A stretch of 61,139 nucleotides of DNA from Thermoguttaceae bacterium (GCA_025062105.1 JANXAQ010000089.1:1-61139); one strand, 5' to 3'; positions 49,074-61,139 are shown, counted from the stretch's first letter. Numbers and translations: made by a program. Notes: a model not told the origin generated them from the sequence alone.

Positions 49074-49902
49074 CCCTGTCGCTCCCAAAAGTTCTCATCC
49101 CTTCCTCTGCCGTCCAGAACAATCTGTACTTTCTAAAAAGATCCCCTTAATGGGGGTGAGAAGTTGGGATAAGACCGCTGTGCCTGCCGGTTGGCTGAAA
49201 CGGCTGCCAGTCGGTGCTTTGCAATGGGTACCAACGTAACCTGTGGACAGGCCATGGATTGGACTGCAATTTTGGCGGACAGCTCCGCTAGGGCTTAGGA
49301 GTTAAATAAAAATGGCAAGGAGACATGGCTAGCCCGGGAGGCCTCGCTCCATAAGCCTCCCCCCTGCAGGGGCACCTTTCAGAAAGTACAGCAACAAAGC
49401 ATTCCCTGCGTTATTCTTCTATCGTAGTAAGTGGAGAGTTGGCTATCCAGACTGTGTGTCATCCTTTCCAAAGGGGGGTCCTACCCAGCCTGAAGAAATC
49501 CGCCAAAGGGCCTAGACATAATGGGCCTTTTTAGGGGAAAATAAAGAATTGAATAGGGGCTTTCGGTAGGGGCTTTTGTGAAAGTTGCAGGGAAGTGCTT
49601 GGCAGGCACAGCGGCTGCCGAGCACCTCTATCTGCTCCCCAACCGGCGGGCCTTTCGGAAGCGTGGATTTGGATCGGGCGGTCTTTCCATCAAGGGGGTT
49701 TTCCGCTTTGACGAGCTTAGAAAAAGCTTCCCCTGCCTGATGCTTTGGGACCACGGCGGAAAAGCTCTTCTGTTGGGGCTGAAAGGCATGTTGGTTTCAG
49801 GGTTGACGGCCGGTAGGAAAGCCAAGCCTACAAACAGATTCCTTTTTTTCGGGGGGGACTTCTGTTTGGCGATCGGACAGAGTCTTTATAGAGGCGGTAG
49901 GT

Positions 49903-50841
49903 ATGTCGGCGGATCGTTTTGGGGATAATAGTCCAGCCTCTCGGGGTGGGGGGCCTTCGGGGCGGCAGGTAGCAGGAATACTAAACATTTACAAACCTTC
50001 TGGGTTAACCTCCCGGGATGTGGTTAACCAAATCCAGTGCCTGGTTCGTCCATTGAAAGTGGGCCATGCGGGGACTTTAGACCCGTTGGCTACCGGGGTG
50101 CTGGTGGTTTGTGTTGGACCGGCCACTCGACTGATCCAGTACATCCAGCGGATGCCCAAAGAGTATGTGGGTACATTTCTGTTGGGCCGGTGTAGTCCTA
50201 CGGAAGACACCGATGGACCGGTTACTGAACTGGCCGGTTGTCCGGTACCGAGCCAGGAGGAGGTGGAAACGGCGGCTCGAAGGATGTTGGGGCCTATTTT
50301 GCAACGGCCGCCTGCTTATTCCGCTTTGAAGGTCGAAGGACGCCGGGCTTATGAGCTGGCTCGCCAAGGCCAGCAGGTGGATCTAAAACCCCGGCCAGTA
50401 ACCATTTATCGACTTGATGTAATTTCTTACAACTATCCGGAACTAGTCCTTCGGATTCGCTGTAGTAGTGGGACCTATGCCCGGGCGGTGGGCCGGGATT
50501 TGGCTGCCGCTTTGGGGACCAGTGCTGTTATGTCTGCCTTGGAACGAACCGCTGTAGGGCCCTTCCGCTCCAAATATGCCCTTAGACCAGAGCAACTCAC
50601 ACCAGACAACTGGGATTTGCATCTATTGCCTTGCACTTGGGCGGTGGAAGGGCTGCCGACAATTCGACTTCGGCCTGCCGAGGTGCTGCGAGTGCGCCAA
50701 GGTCAGACCATCTTTCGGTTTTTGCGGCGCAGCGGGGCCAAAGAGTTTGCCGCCGTGGATCGCAAAGGCCGATTGGTGGCTATTTTAGTGCCTCGGGGCG
50801 AAGGTCGGCTCGGCCCAAGCCGCACCTTACCGCCAGTGTAA
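49903..50841 (+). CDS. truB: tRNA pseudouridine(55) synthase
   Basis: ILNIYKPSGLTSRDVVNQ...KVGHAGTLDPLATGVLVVCVG is the TruB catalytic Asp motif region. Confidence 0.85.
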   Translation: MSADRFGDNSPASRGGGPSGRQVAGILNIYKPSGLTSRDVVNQIQCLVRPLKVGHAGTLDPLATGVLVVCVGPATRLIQYIQRMPKEYVGTFLLGRCSPTEDTDGPVTELAGCPVPSQEEVETAARRMLGPILQRPPAYSALKVEGRRAYELARQGQQVDLKPRPVTIYRLDVISYNYPELVLRIRCSSGTYARAVGRDLAAALGTSAVMSALERTAVGPFRSKYALRPEQLTPDNWDLHLLPCTWAVEGLPTIRLRPAEVLRVRQGQTIFRFLRRSGAKEFAAVDRKGRLVAILVPRGEGRLGPSRTLPPV

Positions 50842-51138
50842 TCTTTTGTATCCTATGCGAGAAGCCTGCTCCGGCCTTTGGCCCCTAGCTCCTAGCAGCA
50901 AGCGAAGGTTTCCTCCCCCTCATTCATCCTCTGGAAGCCCACGCGCGGATAGGATGGAGATCTTAGCTATGATGGGGAGGATGGGCATTCTACTCCTGAT
51001 CCCCTCGGCCAGAAGTCCAGGGAACGTTTTCCCGCTTCCGGAACTCCGTGTTCTCGGCTCGCTCCGCTGCTATTTGGACAAATGTTCAATCAGCCAACAT
51101 CCATGGCGCCCAGCACGGGCTGGGGGGTGCTGGAGGAT

Positions 51139-51570
51139 TCAGTCTTTCAAGTCGAAGTTGAACGTTTGTGTTCCCTTGTCTGGCGGGATGGTTACCTCCA
51201 TGGTGGACTGGTCGTTGAACTTTTTGGGTAGGTATTGTTGGCGGGGATATTCGCCGTGGGGGTCAGGGGGAACACTTTTATCGGCTCGGAACGCCCGGAT
51301 TTCCACCCGATGGGTGCCTACGATCACACCGCCCAGGCCGTCCGCCCGATACTTGCCCTCTAAAATCGAGGCCCCAGAGATCGGGCCCTTTGTCTGGCCG
51401 GTCGGCACGAAACGGATCTCTCCGTTTGGGATTGGTTGGCCGTTGTAGGTTACCGTGCCGGTAACCACCACCCGCTGCGGCCCACTGGAACGGCCACAAC
51501 CACCGATTGCTCCCAGCAGGCCTAACATCCAGAGCACTGCCAATCCTACCAGGAGGCTTTTTCTTCGCAT
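51139..51570 (-). CDS. Lipoprotein with a carboxypeptidase-regulatory-like beta-sandwich domain, commonly found downstream of DUF1559 genes
   Basis: MRRKSLLVGLAVLWMLGLLGAIGGCG lipobox, then VVTGTVTYNGQPIPNGEIRFVP. ATG 51570 within ORF 51139-51681. Confidence 0.6.
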   Translation of the reverse strand: MRRKSLLVGLAVLWMLGLLGAIGGCGRSSGPQRVVVTGTVTYNGQPIPNGEIRFVPTGQTKGPISGASILEGKYRADGLGGVIVGTHRVEIRAFRADKSVPPDPHGEYPRQQYLPKKFNDQSTMEVTIPPDKGTQTFNFDLKD

Positions 51571-51751
51571 AGAGAAGGTCAACCATCGCCCAAAGGCTAA
51601 GGAGTGCGGAACGCCACCAGGGAGGCTATTCCTTTCGTACATGATAAAAACTCCTTTCGGGGATGAGACAGCCTCGACCAAGCCAAGGATGACAGCAGAC
51701 TAAGCTACAGAAGCCATTGGCCGCACCGGCTTCTGGCCGAAGAAGATGGCC

Positions 51752-52690
51752 TTAGAAATCGCTTTGCCGGACCACCTCCCCGCCGTCGCGGGTGGTAATT
51801 GCACGGAGGAGCTGGTAGTCGATATTTTCCGAGAAAAACCGCGCACTGCCGTCGGCCAACGAGAAGTGGCATCCACCCGGATGGAAACTGGAAAAACCGA
51901 TCTCGCCAAACATTTCGTCGTGGCGGTTGCCGCCGTCGCCATCCACGGGATCCGATGCTGGTCGGCCCCCCGGCACTGTACCGGGGCCGTTGATGCCCAA
52001 GCCGGTCTGTTGGCAATTAAACGTGTACCAGGTCGGTTGGAACCAACCGGGACCATCAGTGGGATGTCTGCCCGGTGCACCGGTGATCTCGCCAATACAG
52101 AGGGTATTGCTTGTGCCGTCCCGCACGTCGCTAATGCGCACCGCATAGTTGGCAAAGAACATACCGTTCCGGTTGGTAGCCTGTGCTTCGGCTCGACCCC
52201 AGACGTCGCTATCGGCCACGCCGGTCAAGTTGGTAACGCGGAAATCTTCCACCGGCGTAGAACCCTGCTGGAAATTGGAGCAGAACTCACCCCAGGAGCC
52301 TGCACGCGGGTCGCTGGGGCAATTATAGACTGGAATGGACATAGCCCCTGCCTCACACCCGCCGGTGAGCCAATATTGCGACTTGAAGTTGATGGTTCCA
52401 TATAGCGAAGCTTGTTCCAGATAGGGCAGGATATATACTGACCAAGACCAACCCCAGTAATAGGTCCGCCAATTGGCGATCAGGCCAGGTGGAAAACACT
52501 GATGGGCGGCATGATAATTGTGTACCGCCAGGGTTGCTTGTCGGAAGTTATTGGCGCATTGGGCACGCCGAGCCGCCTCTCTGGCCGCCTGCACCGCAGG
52601 CAATAAAAGCGCTATCAAGATCCCAATAATGGCAATCACCACCAAAAGTTCCACCAGCGTAAAAGCACACCTCCTGAACTTCCCCCCATG
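51752..52690 (-). CDS. DUF1559 family protein (second copy), N-terminus apparently frameshifted in a G6 run
   Basis: ...[33 protein letters not shown] and a C-terminal H-x9-DG (CHFSLADGSARFF). The only upstream ATG (52690) is out of frame by one G at 52682-52687. Adding one G gives [16 protein letters not shown]. Confidence 0.65.
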   Translation of the reverse strand, partial: HGGKFRRCAFTLVELLVVIAIIGILIALLLPAVQAAREAARRAQCANNFRQATLAVHNYHAAHQCFPPGLIANWRTYYWGWSWSVYILPYLEQASLYGTINFKSQYWLTGGCEAGAMSIPVYNCPSDPRAGSWGEFCSNFQQGSTPVEDFRVTNLTGVADSDVWGRAEAQATNRNGMFFANYAVRISDVRDGTSNTLCIGEITGAPGRHPTDGPGWFQPTWYTFNCQQTGLGINGPGTVPGGRPASDPVDGDGGNRHDEMFGEIGFSSFHPGGCHFSLADGSARFFSENIDYQLLRAITTRDGGEVVRQSDF

Positions 52691-52777
52691 GTTCCTCCTC
52701 CTTCAAGACAAGAATATGGGTAACACTTCAGCCGAATGAAAAAACCTGCCTCATTGATGCGAAGACAGTCCATTCGT

Positions 52778-52802
52778 CTTATTCCCGCGGAAGCGGGAAT
52801 CC
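52778..52802. repeat. H-family hairpin, covarying variant (cttattcccgcggaagcgggaatcc)
   Basis: Palindrome attcccgc/gcgggaat with GGAA loop. A second hairpin gttcccgcctcagtgggaaac follows. Confidence 0.75.
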
Positions 52803-52934
52803 CGACGTGTTCCCGCCTCAGTGGGAAACCAAAAAACTAACAGCAAAAAATTGGGCTGCTGCTTTTGCTTTCGCAGGAATACCCCAGGGCGACATTCGGC
52901 TGAAATGTTCCGGATATGACTAGCGCCCAGCCGG

Positions 52935-54026
52935 CTATGGGTTTTTCTTTGCCTCCTGAAGAAGTTGGTCTTCGCTGGTCTTGAGCCTTAGCGGGATGGG
53001 TTTTTCCCAGTCTTTTTGGAAAGCAAACCCGGCAATGATCCAAAGTTCTCCTGGCCGGCGTTCAAATACATACGGATAACTTAATTGGCCGCCTTTTTGC
53101 CGAGCAATCGGTAGCGGCTTGGTCCAACTCCGCCCATCGTCCTCGGAAAACAGACAGGCCAACTCCTGCCGGTCCGGCGGAGGATTATATACAAAAAACA
53201 GTCGCCCGCTCCGAAGCCGAACTAAATGGCCTGGTGCACTGGGAGCGGCAATCGCACTGGGCCGAACCGTACGCCAGGAAAGCCCCCCGTCCTCCGAAAT
53301 GGCCTCCCAGAATCGGCCCCAATGCGTGCGGATAAGCATAAGCAACCGGCCATCGCTCAGCTCCACTACCGTCGGCTCCATAGCGCCGGAATGATGCCCA
53401 TGGCCGCCTAGATCGATAAAGTGGCTCCGCTTCCATGTTTTTCCCTCATCGTCCGAAGTGAGCGAACATGCCACGTATCGGCCCGGATCGGTTACCAGAT
53501 GCGGCACCACAGCCACCAATCGGCCCTCCTTTGTCTGGATAAAGCCAAAGAAATTCGGATTGTAGCCCTCCAGGATTCTTTGCCGGTCGATCCACGTCTT
53601 GCCGCCGTCTAGGCTCCGGATGGCCCAAACTTCCAGTCGGCAGTCCTTCGGCTGATTGATCGCATCATCCCACTGGAACCGGTAGGTGGTGGCATTGAGA
53701 AATACGATCGACAGCACCCCGCTTCGGGTGCGCACGATATAGAAGGTAGCTGGCTCGGTTCCCTCCTGAAGACCGGCCAATCCCTCGCAGACCGGCTCCG
53801 GCGACGACCAGGTTTTCCCGTCGTCTGGGCTGGTGCGCATCCCTTGCCGATCAATGGTCATCAGACGCCCATCGGCCAACTCCACAAACGGACCGTTCCG
53901 TTCCACATGAAGCGGCTGGCACAGCGCATTGACCCACCGAGCTTCTTCCTCTGCCGGCCAGCATACACTACAGCAAACCAACACCCAGCCTGTTATCAGA
54001 CCTGCAAGCTTCCACTTCAACAGCAC
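52935..54026 (-). CDS. BNR/Asp-box repeat protein (sialidase / exo-alpha-sialidase-like beta-propeller)
   Basis: Signal peptide. Repeated S-x-D-x-G-x-T/S-W boxes: SPDDGKTW, SLDGGKTW, TSDDEGKTW, SEDGGLSW, SEDDGRSW. GTG start at 54026. Confidence 0.65.
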   Translation of the reverse strand: MLLKWKLAGLITGWVLVCCSVCWPAEEEARWVNALCQPLHVERNGPFVELADGRLMTIDRQGMRTSPDDGKTWSSPEPVCEGLAGLQEGTEPATFYIVRTRSGVLSIVFLNATTYRFQWDDAINQPKDCRLEVWAIRSLDGGKTWIDRQRILEGYNPNFFGFIQTKEGRLVAVVPHLVTDPGRYVACSLTSDDEGKTWKRSHFIDLGGHGHHSGAMEPTVVELSDGRLLMLIRTHWGRFWEAISEDGGLSWRTVRPSAIAAPSAPGHLVRLRSGRLFFVYNPPPDRQELACLFSEDDGRSWTKPLPIARQKGGQLSYPYVFERRPGELWIIAGFAFQKDWEKPIPLRLKTSEDQLLQEAKKNP

Positions 54027-54585
54027 TTATAGGCCTCCTTATTTTAACACGTCAGCCGAGTGGAGGAGGAATTCATCTCTGATCCAGCAGGTACCCTACA
54101 TTATCATGCCCCAGTAGTTCCAAGTCGGGTTGCCAGAACAAAATAGTTCTAACCTTTTATCTTAAAGGACTTATATCACCTTCTCTTCACACCCCTTGTT
54201 TACACCCCTTGTGGGGGCAAGGACCAAAAACGGTTGGCTGTTCCCGCTGGGCTGCCCAGCCTCTGTGGGAGGGCCGGTCCAGCCGGTTCGATCCGGGCCA
54301 TAGTGGGAGACCGGAAAACCTTGCCCTAACATATGGAATCATTATGAGTTAGTTTAATTGGCCTTCTTAAGATGTCTTGGATATACCACGAAAGAGTTAT
54401 TTTGGGCGCCTTCGCCCCTTGGATTTCTTCTGGGTGCTCTGGCAGGCCAAAGCAAAAACCCCTTGGAAAACATCTCCGGAAGGTTTTCGGGCAGAAGAAA
54501 GATGCTTTTTCTAAGTTCTTATACATTAAAGAGTTACAGATAAGTATTATCCGTTCACTAAATTTTGAACTACTTTAAGAGGCTG

Positions 54586-54852
54586 TACTAAAATGGGGAT
54601 TTGGCTGGTTTCCAATGGGTTTTGGCCCACCGGCTCCTAGGGAGGCCTTCCGTTTGATAAGAACTCCTACCTTACCAAAATCCTTGCTATTTTCAACATC
54701 CAAGGCTGTCCCGAAAAGCACTTTGAATGATCAAAGGGGGGCCATCCTACATTTCCTAACATCTCAAAAATCCCTATTGTTAGGGAGTGTTGAGGGGGGT
54801 GCTTGTCGGCTAAAACCCATGGGACACAACTAAAAGCCCAATTTCAGGACAG
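54586..54852. mobile_element. Repeat family D, full-length element with about 32-nt imperfect terminal inverted repeats
   Basis: Left end gggatttggctggtttccaatgggttttggcc. The reverse complement of the right end reads gggcttttagttgtgtcccatgggttttagcc. Internal sequence matches the D half elements. Confidence 0.6.
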
Positions 54853-55764
54853 CTTCGAAGGCTGAATGCGGCGGCGAACGGCCTCGGCTAACTGAAGCAT
54901 CTGGGAGGGGTCGAGAGCTTCGGCCCGCTCCTGGCCAGTAAGGCCTAGCTCGGCTAATGCGGCATCCACCTGCGTTTTGTCCAATTTTCCTTTGACGGCT
55001 CCCATTAGTTCGGAACGCAGGAACTTTCGCCGATGTTGAAAAATATCTCGCACAAACTGATGGAAAAACTCTCGATCGGGAATTTGGGAGCGTTTGGTTT
55101 CGTCGGGCCGAATCCGCAAAATGGCCGAGGAGACTTTCGGCCTAGGCCAAAACACTTCCGGCGGCATCACCCGCACCAGTTCTACCTCGCACTGTGTTTG
55201 GACCCAGATGCTCAAGGCTCCGTAGTCTTTGGTACTGGGTTTGGCGGTGATGCGATCGGCCAATTCTTTTTGAATTGTTACAGCCATCAGCACCGGCGGC
55301 TGCTCCAGTGCCAGCAGGTTCGAGATAAGGGGAGTGGCAATCTGATAAGGCAAATTGGCTACCAGTTTCCATCGCCGTTCGGGGGCCTGGGATAGATGTT
55401 TTTCTATCTCGGCCAGCATCTGGGGATTCAGTTGGCTTTTGCGGGCCAAGGCATCCGCATGTAGCATGACTACATTAGGCAATTGGTATAGGTGTTCGCT
55501 GGCTAATCGATACAAATCTTCATCAATCTCTACGGTTACCACCACAGCAGCACGCTCGGCCACCATCGCCGTCAGTGAACCAGTACCAGTGCCCACCTCC
55601 AAGACCACATCCTGAGGGCCTAGTTCCGCCGACTCCGCAATCAACCGCACTAGGTTCAGATCGATCAAAAAGTTTTGCCCCAATTTTTTATTTAGATCAA
55701 TGCCTGCCTCGGCAAATCGCTGCCGGAGAAACGAAAGCGTCTGATGCCGTTCAGAACCGCTCAT
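54844..55764 (-). CDS. rsmA: 16S rRNA (adenine1518/1519-N6)-dimethyltransferase
   Basis: LGQNFLIDLNLVRLIAESA...VLEVGTGTGSLT is the KsgA/RsmA SAM-binding region. Confidence 0.9.
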   Translation of the reverse strand: MSGSERHQTLSFLRQRFAEAGIDLNKKLGQNFLIDLNLVRLIAESAELGPQDVVLEVGTGTGSLTAMVAERAAVVVTVEIDEDLYRLASEHLYQLPNVVMLHADALARKSQLNPQMLAEIEKHLSQAPERRWKLVANLPYQIATPLISNLLALEQPPVLMAVTIQKELADRITAKPSTKDYGALSIWVQTQCEVELVRVMPPEVFWPRPKVSSAILRIRPDETKRSQIPDREFFHQFVRDIFQHRRKFLRSELMGAVKGKLDKTQVDAALAELGLTGQERAEALDPSQMLQLAEAVRRRIQPSKLS

Positions 55765-55822
55765 GGCATTCCTCTTCCGCTATCCTAGGGGCTTTCAGAG
55801 CCAAGAGAGATTTCTGGTTGGA

Positions 55823-57283
55823 TCAATAGGCATCTTGTCCAGTGAGTTTTTGTTCAAGTTGGTCGGCTTGCCAGGCAATGGCAGATACAGTCCGAGTCAA
55901 TGCCACCGGGTCTAATCCAGCCATCGGTATGGCCGCTTGGAGCACTACCGTAGGCGAACCTCGAATATCCCGAACCGCCAAGGCGCCATACATAAGCTGA
56001 GCATTATATTGAAGCATTTGCAGGGCGGTCTCTGGAGTGGCCGGGCCGCAGATGGTCCAGAGGCACACCGCCGTCGGTTCCCCGGTCTGGGCGGCCGGAA
56101 ACTCGACATGCAAAATCTGTTTCCGGAGGGTGCCGACCGGCACGGTCATCCGCCAGCTCGGCCCAGAGGTTTCCAATGGATACCCCGCTGCCTGAGCAAC
56201 CGCTTGAACAAGTTCTTTTGGATCAATTGCTGCGGGTGGGGTTACTGCGGGGGCCCCAGAGGTTAGCGACACCCCACTAGAGCTTCTTGTCGCTACCACT
56301 GCCTCAGGACCGGGTGAAATCGGTGCAGCCGCTGAAGGAACCGCTCCGGAAGGGCCTGACGGTACTCCCCCTGTTGGAAGCAGTGGTCCGGTCGAAGGCA
56401 TGGGACCGACCGCTCCGGACGTCATCTGTCCCGCAGGTTGCCCTGTCTGCATAGCCTGCTGAATCAACGACGGCATCATCATGCCGAAGCCTAAGCCCAT
56501 ACCCATGCCCATCGGTCCGCTGGCCGTGGCAGGATGCTCGGCCATTCGGGCCAGGCTCTGCGCTGTCTGAAACTTCATAAAAGCATTCAAATCCCCTACG
56601 GCCCCCATCGCACTGCGAGCGTCGATCGCCTTTTGCACCTCTTCGGGTGGTGTGATCGCATTAATGAAAAAATCTACCAGTTCTAATCCATACCGCGCGA
56701 AATCCTCGGCCACCCGAAGCCGAACCGCACTGGCCACTTCATCATACCGGGCCGGCAACTCCAACATCCCGATCCCAAGCGTTCCCAACACGTCCGCCAA
56801 TCGGGCGACAATGCCATCGCGCAACTGCTGGGTTACCTGTTCTGTTGTATATCTACCTTGTGTGCCCACTAACGTATTAACCAATAACGGCCCGTCCACA
56901 CACCGAAACGAATACTTCCCAAAGGCCCGAAGCCGAATCATCCCAAAATCCGCATCCCGAAAGGCTATCGGCTCCCGAGTACCCCATTTCTGGTCTAAAA
57001 ACGTTTGCTTGCCAATAAAATACACCTGGCACTGAAACGGGGATTTCTCCCATGGGAGCGTCAAAAGTCGGGTAATGAGCGGCAGATTGGCTGTGGTAAG
57101 GGTATATCGGCCCGGCCCAAACCGATCCATGGCTTTGCCGTCCCGAAAGAATATCGCCTCCTGATTTTCCTGCACAATCAACTGCGCCCCTAGTTTAATG
57201 GCAGCCGAGCCTTCCGGCGGTATACGCTGCACCAGCGTCTGATTCGTCGGATCAAAAAATTGGATGACTTCCAATAGGGCCAT
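55823..57283 (-). CDS. SPFH/band-7-like domain protein with Gly/Pro-rich linker and C-terminal alpha/beta domain
   Basis: N-terminal region ([15 protein letters not shown]...[18 protein letters not shown]) resembles the SPFH-like Band_7_1 family; this assignment is tentative. Confidence 0.5.
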   Translation of the reverse strand: MALLEVIQFFDPTNQTLVQRIPPEGSAAIKLGAQLIVQENQEAIFFRDGKAMDRFGPGRYTLTTANLPLITRLLTLPWEKSPFQCQVYFIGKQTFLDQKWGTREPIAFRDADFGMIRLRAFGKYSFRCVDGPLLVNTLVGTQGRYTTEQVTQQLRDGIVARLADVLGTLGIGMLELPARYDEVASAVRLRVAEDFARYGLELVDFFINAITPPEEVQKAIDARSAMGAVGDLNAFMKFQTAQSLARMAEHPATASGPMGMGMGLGFGMMMPSLIQQAMQTGQPAGQMTSGAVGPMPSTGPLLPTGGVPSGPSGAVPSAAAPISPGPEAVVATRSSSGVSLTSGAPAVTPPAAIDPKELVQAVAQAAGYPLETSGPSWRMTVPVGTLRKQILHVEFPAAQTGEPTAVCLWTICGPATPETALQMLQYNAQLMYGALAVRDIRGSPTVVLQAAIPMAGLDPVALTRTVSAIAWQADQLEQKLTGQDAY

Positions 57284-57879
57284 TGGCCTCTCCTTACAAA
57301 CTCTGCCTGTTGCCGAAACCTTCTACCTATCTCTCCCCAATGGACCTCTGCAACCCGCGAAAAACTTTCAAACTCTACCTGTTGCCCAAAGGCCCTGCCT
57401 GGCTGGATGCCTAGGGCTTGGCATCTCTGGTAAAGCCTCGACAGAAGCAAATCCTTGGGAAAAGCCTTTTCTCGCTAGCTCAGAATACTTCCTCCCAAAG
57501 GCTGTACTAAAATTGGGATTTTGAGGTTTTCCGAAGAGCAGTTAAGATGACCGTCCCTTCGATCGACGCTCCTATAAGATAGCCCTTTTGGGGATTGGAG
57601 GAAATTCAGAAAAGCTAAGCTACTTTTCTTGTGGAAATGCCAATTCAGGACCGTCGCTTAGCTACCATTGCTTGCACTTGTTTTTGGGCTTCTGCATAAG
57701 GAGGCCTGATTGTTTAAGTATAGTCCAGTTCTCCAGGGTCCACTATCCTCTAGCCAAACCGAGCGCCGAGCACTAGACAAAAAGAGCGCCCACCGACCAG
57801 AAAGCGAAGATGCTGGGGAAACAGATTGGGCAGCCCATAAGCCGGCAGTGGGGCCTCCAAAAGCAGGTTATTTTAATAG

Positions 57880-58116
57880 CTATTTTGGTTTAGGACGAAT
57901 CTTTTGACGGGTTTTGGGAGGAGGATCGGCTTCCATATCTTGCCGATCCAATGGATGCCACAAGGGTAAACCCGCTCGCAGCCGTTCGGCCATCACCTCC
58001 AGTTTGGCCCGGGTTCCTGGCATCGCATCGGTGGCTTCAAAAAGCTCCATCGGTACTTCGGGCGGTTCATAATCCCATTGCCCCAACTTGATCGCTTCTA
58101 AGACGGACTTGGGCAC
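57880..58116 (-). CDS. Small hypothetical protein (78 aa)
   Basis: ORF with ATG; acidic then basic C-terminus. Weak support only. Confidence 0.3.
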   Translation of the reverse strand: MPKSVLEAIKLGQWDYEPPEVPMELFEATDAMPGTRAKLEVMAERLRAGLPLWHPLDRQDMEADPPPKTRQKIRPKPK

Positions 58117-58614
58117 CGGCCTGCTCCTTTCCCAAACACCCTAATCAGAAAAGTTTATCCGACCCGTATGAGTTCTGGCTCTAACTCCTGCGCAGAGCCT
58201 TTCTAAGCAGAATTTCCAATATAAAAGAAACTTCTAACATACCAGGTTGAATAAAATTGTCAAGTAGAAACAAAAATTTATATAGCCCTCCCCCGCCTAT
58301 CTTCCACCGATTCACCGCCAATCGGTGGCTTCCTTACCCGTCCGGCGGAAGGAATAGAAATCGGCCTTAACCCCTCCAAAAGGTTATTTCTTCCCCCCAT
58401 TTCCAAATGCCCCTCCTCCTTCCCCTTAACTTGTGAATCCCCCTTGATTAGAGTACACTTCAGGAAAGAAGAGAATTTTGGATCTCCACCCTTGAGGAAA
58501 TATTCCCATTAAAGCTCGGTTTTGCTTCTCTCTGTGAAAAAAATGGTATTTCCAACCTCTCTCAGCTTTCGGTTGCTATGCCTCTTTTTTTCAATGGCTA
58601 GGATGAAGGTATAA

Positions 58615-60639
<2,025 letters not shown>

Positions 60640-60791
60640 TTCTTTTTCGCTGGCATTCCAATCGCCACGTCCATAATCCTGTAGCATGGGCCTCTGGCCC
60701 ACAATATATGCCTATCCCTACCGCGGAAGAGGCCGGCTTGGCCGAAGGACAAGCCAGGCGAAAGGGGCGGTAGCGCAGACGTCTCGACCTT

Positions 60792-60818
60792 GTCATCCCT
60801 GCGAAAGCAGGGATCCAG
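60792..60818. repeat. H-family hairpin, covarying variant (gtcatccctgcgaaagcagggatccag)
   Basis: Between the convergent ligA and PEP-CTERM genes. Confidence 0.8.
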
Positions 60819-60852
60819 AAAAACACGCCTCTCCTTTCCGAGGCAAGAAGCC

Positions 60853-60873
60853 GGCATTGCCTTCGGCAATGCC
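60853..60873. repeat. H2 hairpin (ggcattgccttcggcaatgcc)
   Basis: Identical to 12599-12619. Confidence 0.75.
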
Positions 60874-60950
60874 GAGCGAGAAGGTCATAGGCGAAGCCTT
60901 CCCCCCTGCGTAGGCCTACCCTTCCTTGCAGCCGCCAGAAGAGGGGCTTA

Positions 60951-61139
60951 TCTTTTTCGGCGACGCCACAAAGCGTAGCTACCAAGGGCGGCTAGGCCAA
61001 GCAGGCCAAGCAGTAGGCTGGTCGGCTCAGGCACTGCCACCTGCAACTGCAGGATCATCCCCTGGCCCGATGTGCCCAGGATCCGATACACCCAGTACTG
61101 GGCCGGCAAAAGCGGCGCCAAGGCAGCATCGATGGTAAT
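60951..61139 (-). CDS. C-terminal end of a PEP-CTERM (exosortase-sorted) protein; the 5' part lies beyond the window
   Basis: The minus-strand frame is open to the window edge and ends ...LQVAVPEPTSLLLGLLGLAALGSYALWRRRKR*. This is PEP motif, TM helix, then Arg-rich tail, the canonical PEP-CTERM sorting signal. Confidence 0.6.

Noticed and set aside
49505-49535. Intrinsic terminator call for aaagggcctagacataatgggccttttt
   Set aside because: The stem is only 4-5 bp with a mismatch and a 10-nt loop. It is too weak to annotate as a terminator and is kept only as a low-interest note.
54255-54310. tRNA-like T-arm ggttcgatcc at about 54283
   Set aside because: No matching 7-bp acceptor stem, D-arm or anticodon arm could be formed around it. 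It is an isolated motif.

Overview
This 61 kb chromosomal window looks like a Planctomycetota-type genome, but that taxonomic call is an inference from gene content. Coding regions are about 58-60% GC and the intergenic regions are AT-rich. The evidence is two DUF1559 (prepilin-like N-terminus, H-x9-DG) proteins, two Tat-signal Gfo/Idh/MocA oxidoreductases, an FGE-sulfatase-domain lipoprotein, a PEP-CTERM protein and giant MacB/FtsX-type permeases. Housekeeping genes present are rpsO-pnp, truB, rsmA(ksgA), ligA and queE, plus an SBP family 5 transporter protein. One cluster reads prenyltransferase-repeat secreted protein, DUF1559 protein, ABC ATPase, then a 1.07k-aa FtsX permease. Other calls are a ChlI/MoxR-like AAA+ ATPase paired with a CoxE-like VWA protein followed by a second giant FtsX permease, a Ser/Thr kinase, a tandem carbon-nitrogen hydrolase, a GH-A-clan-like glycosidase and a BNR/sialidase-like protein. 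There is also an MNT antitoxin with a frameshifted HEPN(DUF86) partner. The most striking property is that almost every intergenic region is filled with small non-autonomous repeats: at least four MITE-like families (A, B, D, E) that often insert next to or into each other, plus a ~197 bp repeat C present twice. A family of ~25 nt perfect hairpins (gtcattcctgcgcaagcaggaatcc and covarying variants) sits mostly at gene 3' ends and forms an array inside the ABC operon. Three apparent frameshifts, two in the HEPN gene and one in a DUF1559 gene, all fall in short homopolymers, so they may be sequencing or assembly artefacts. No rRNA, tRNA or CRISPR array was found. No single obviously novel system stands out; the repeats, the hairpin elements and the ATPase/VWA/FtsX locus are the best candidates for follow-up.
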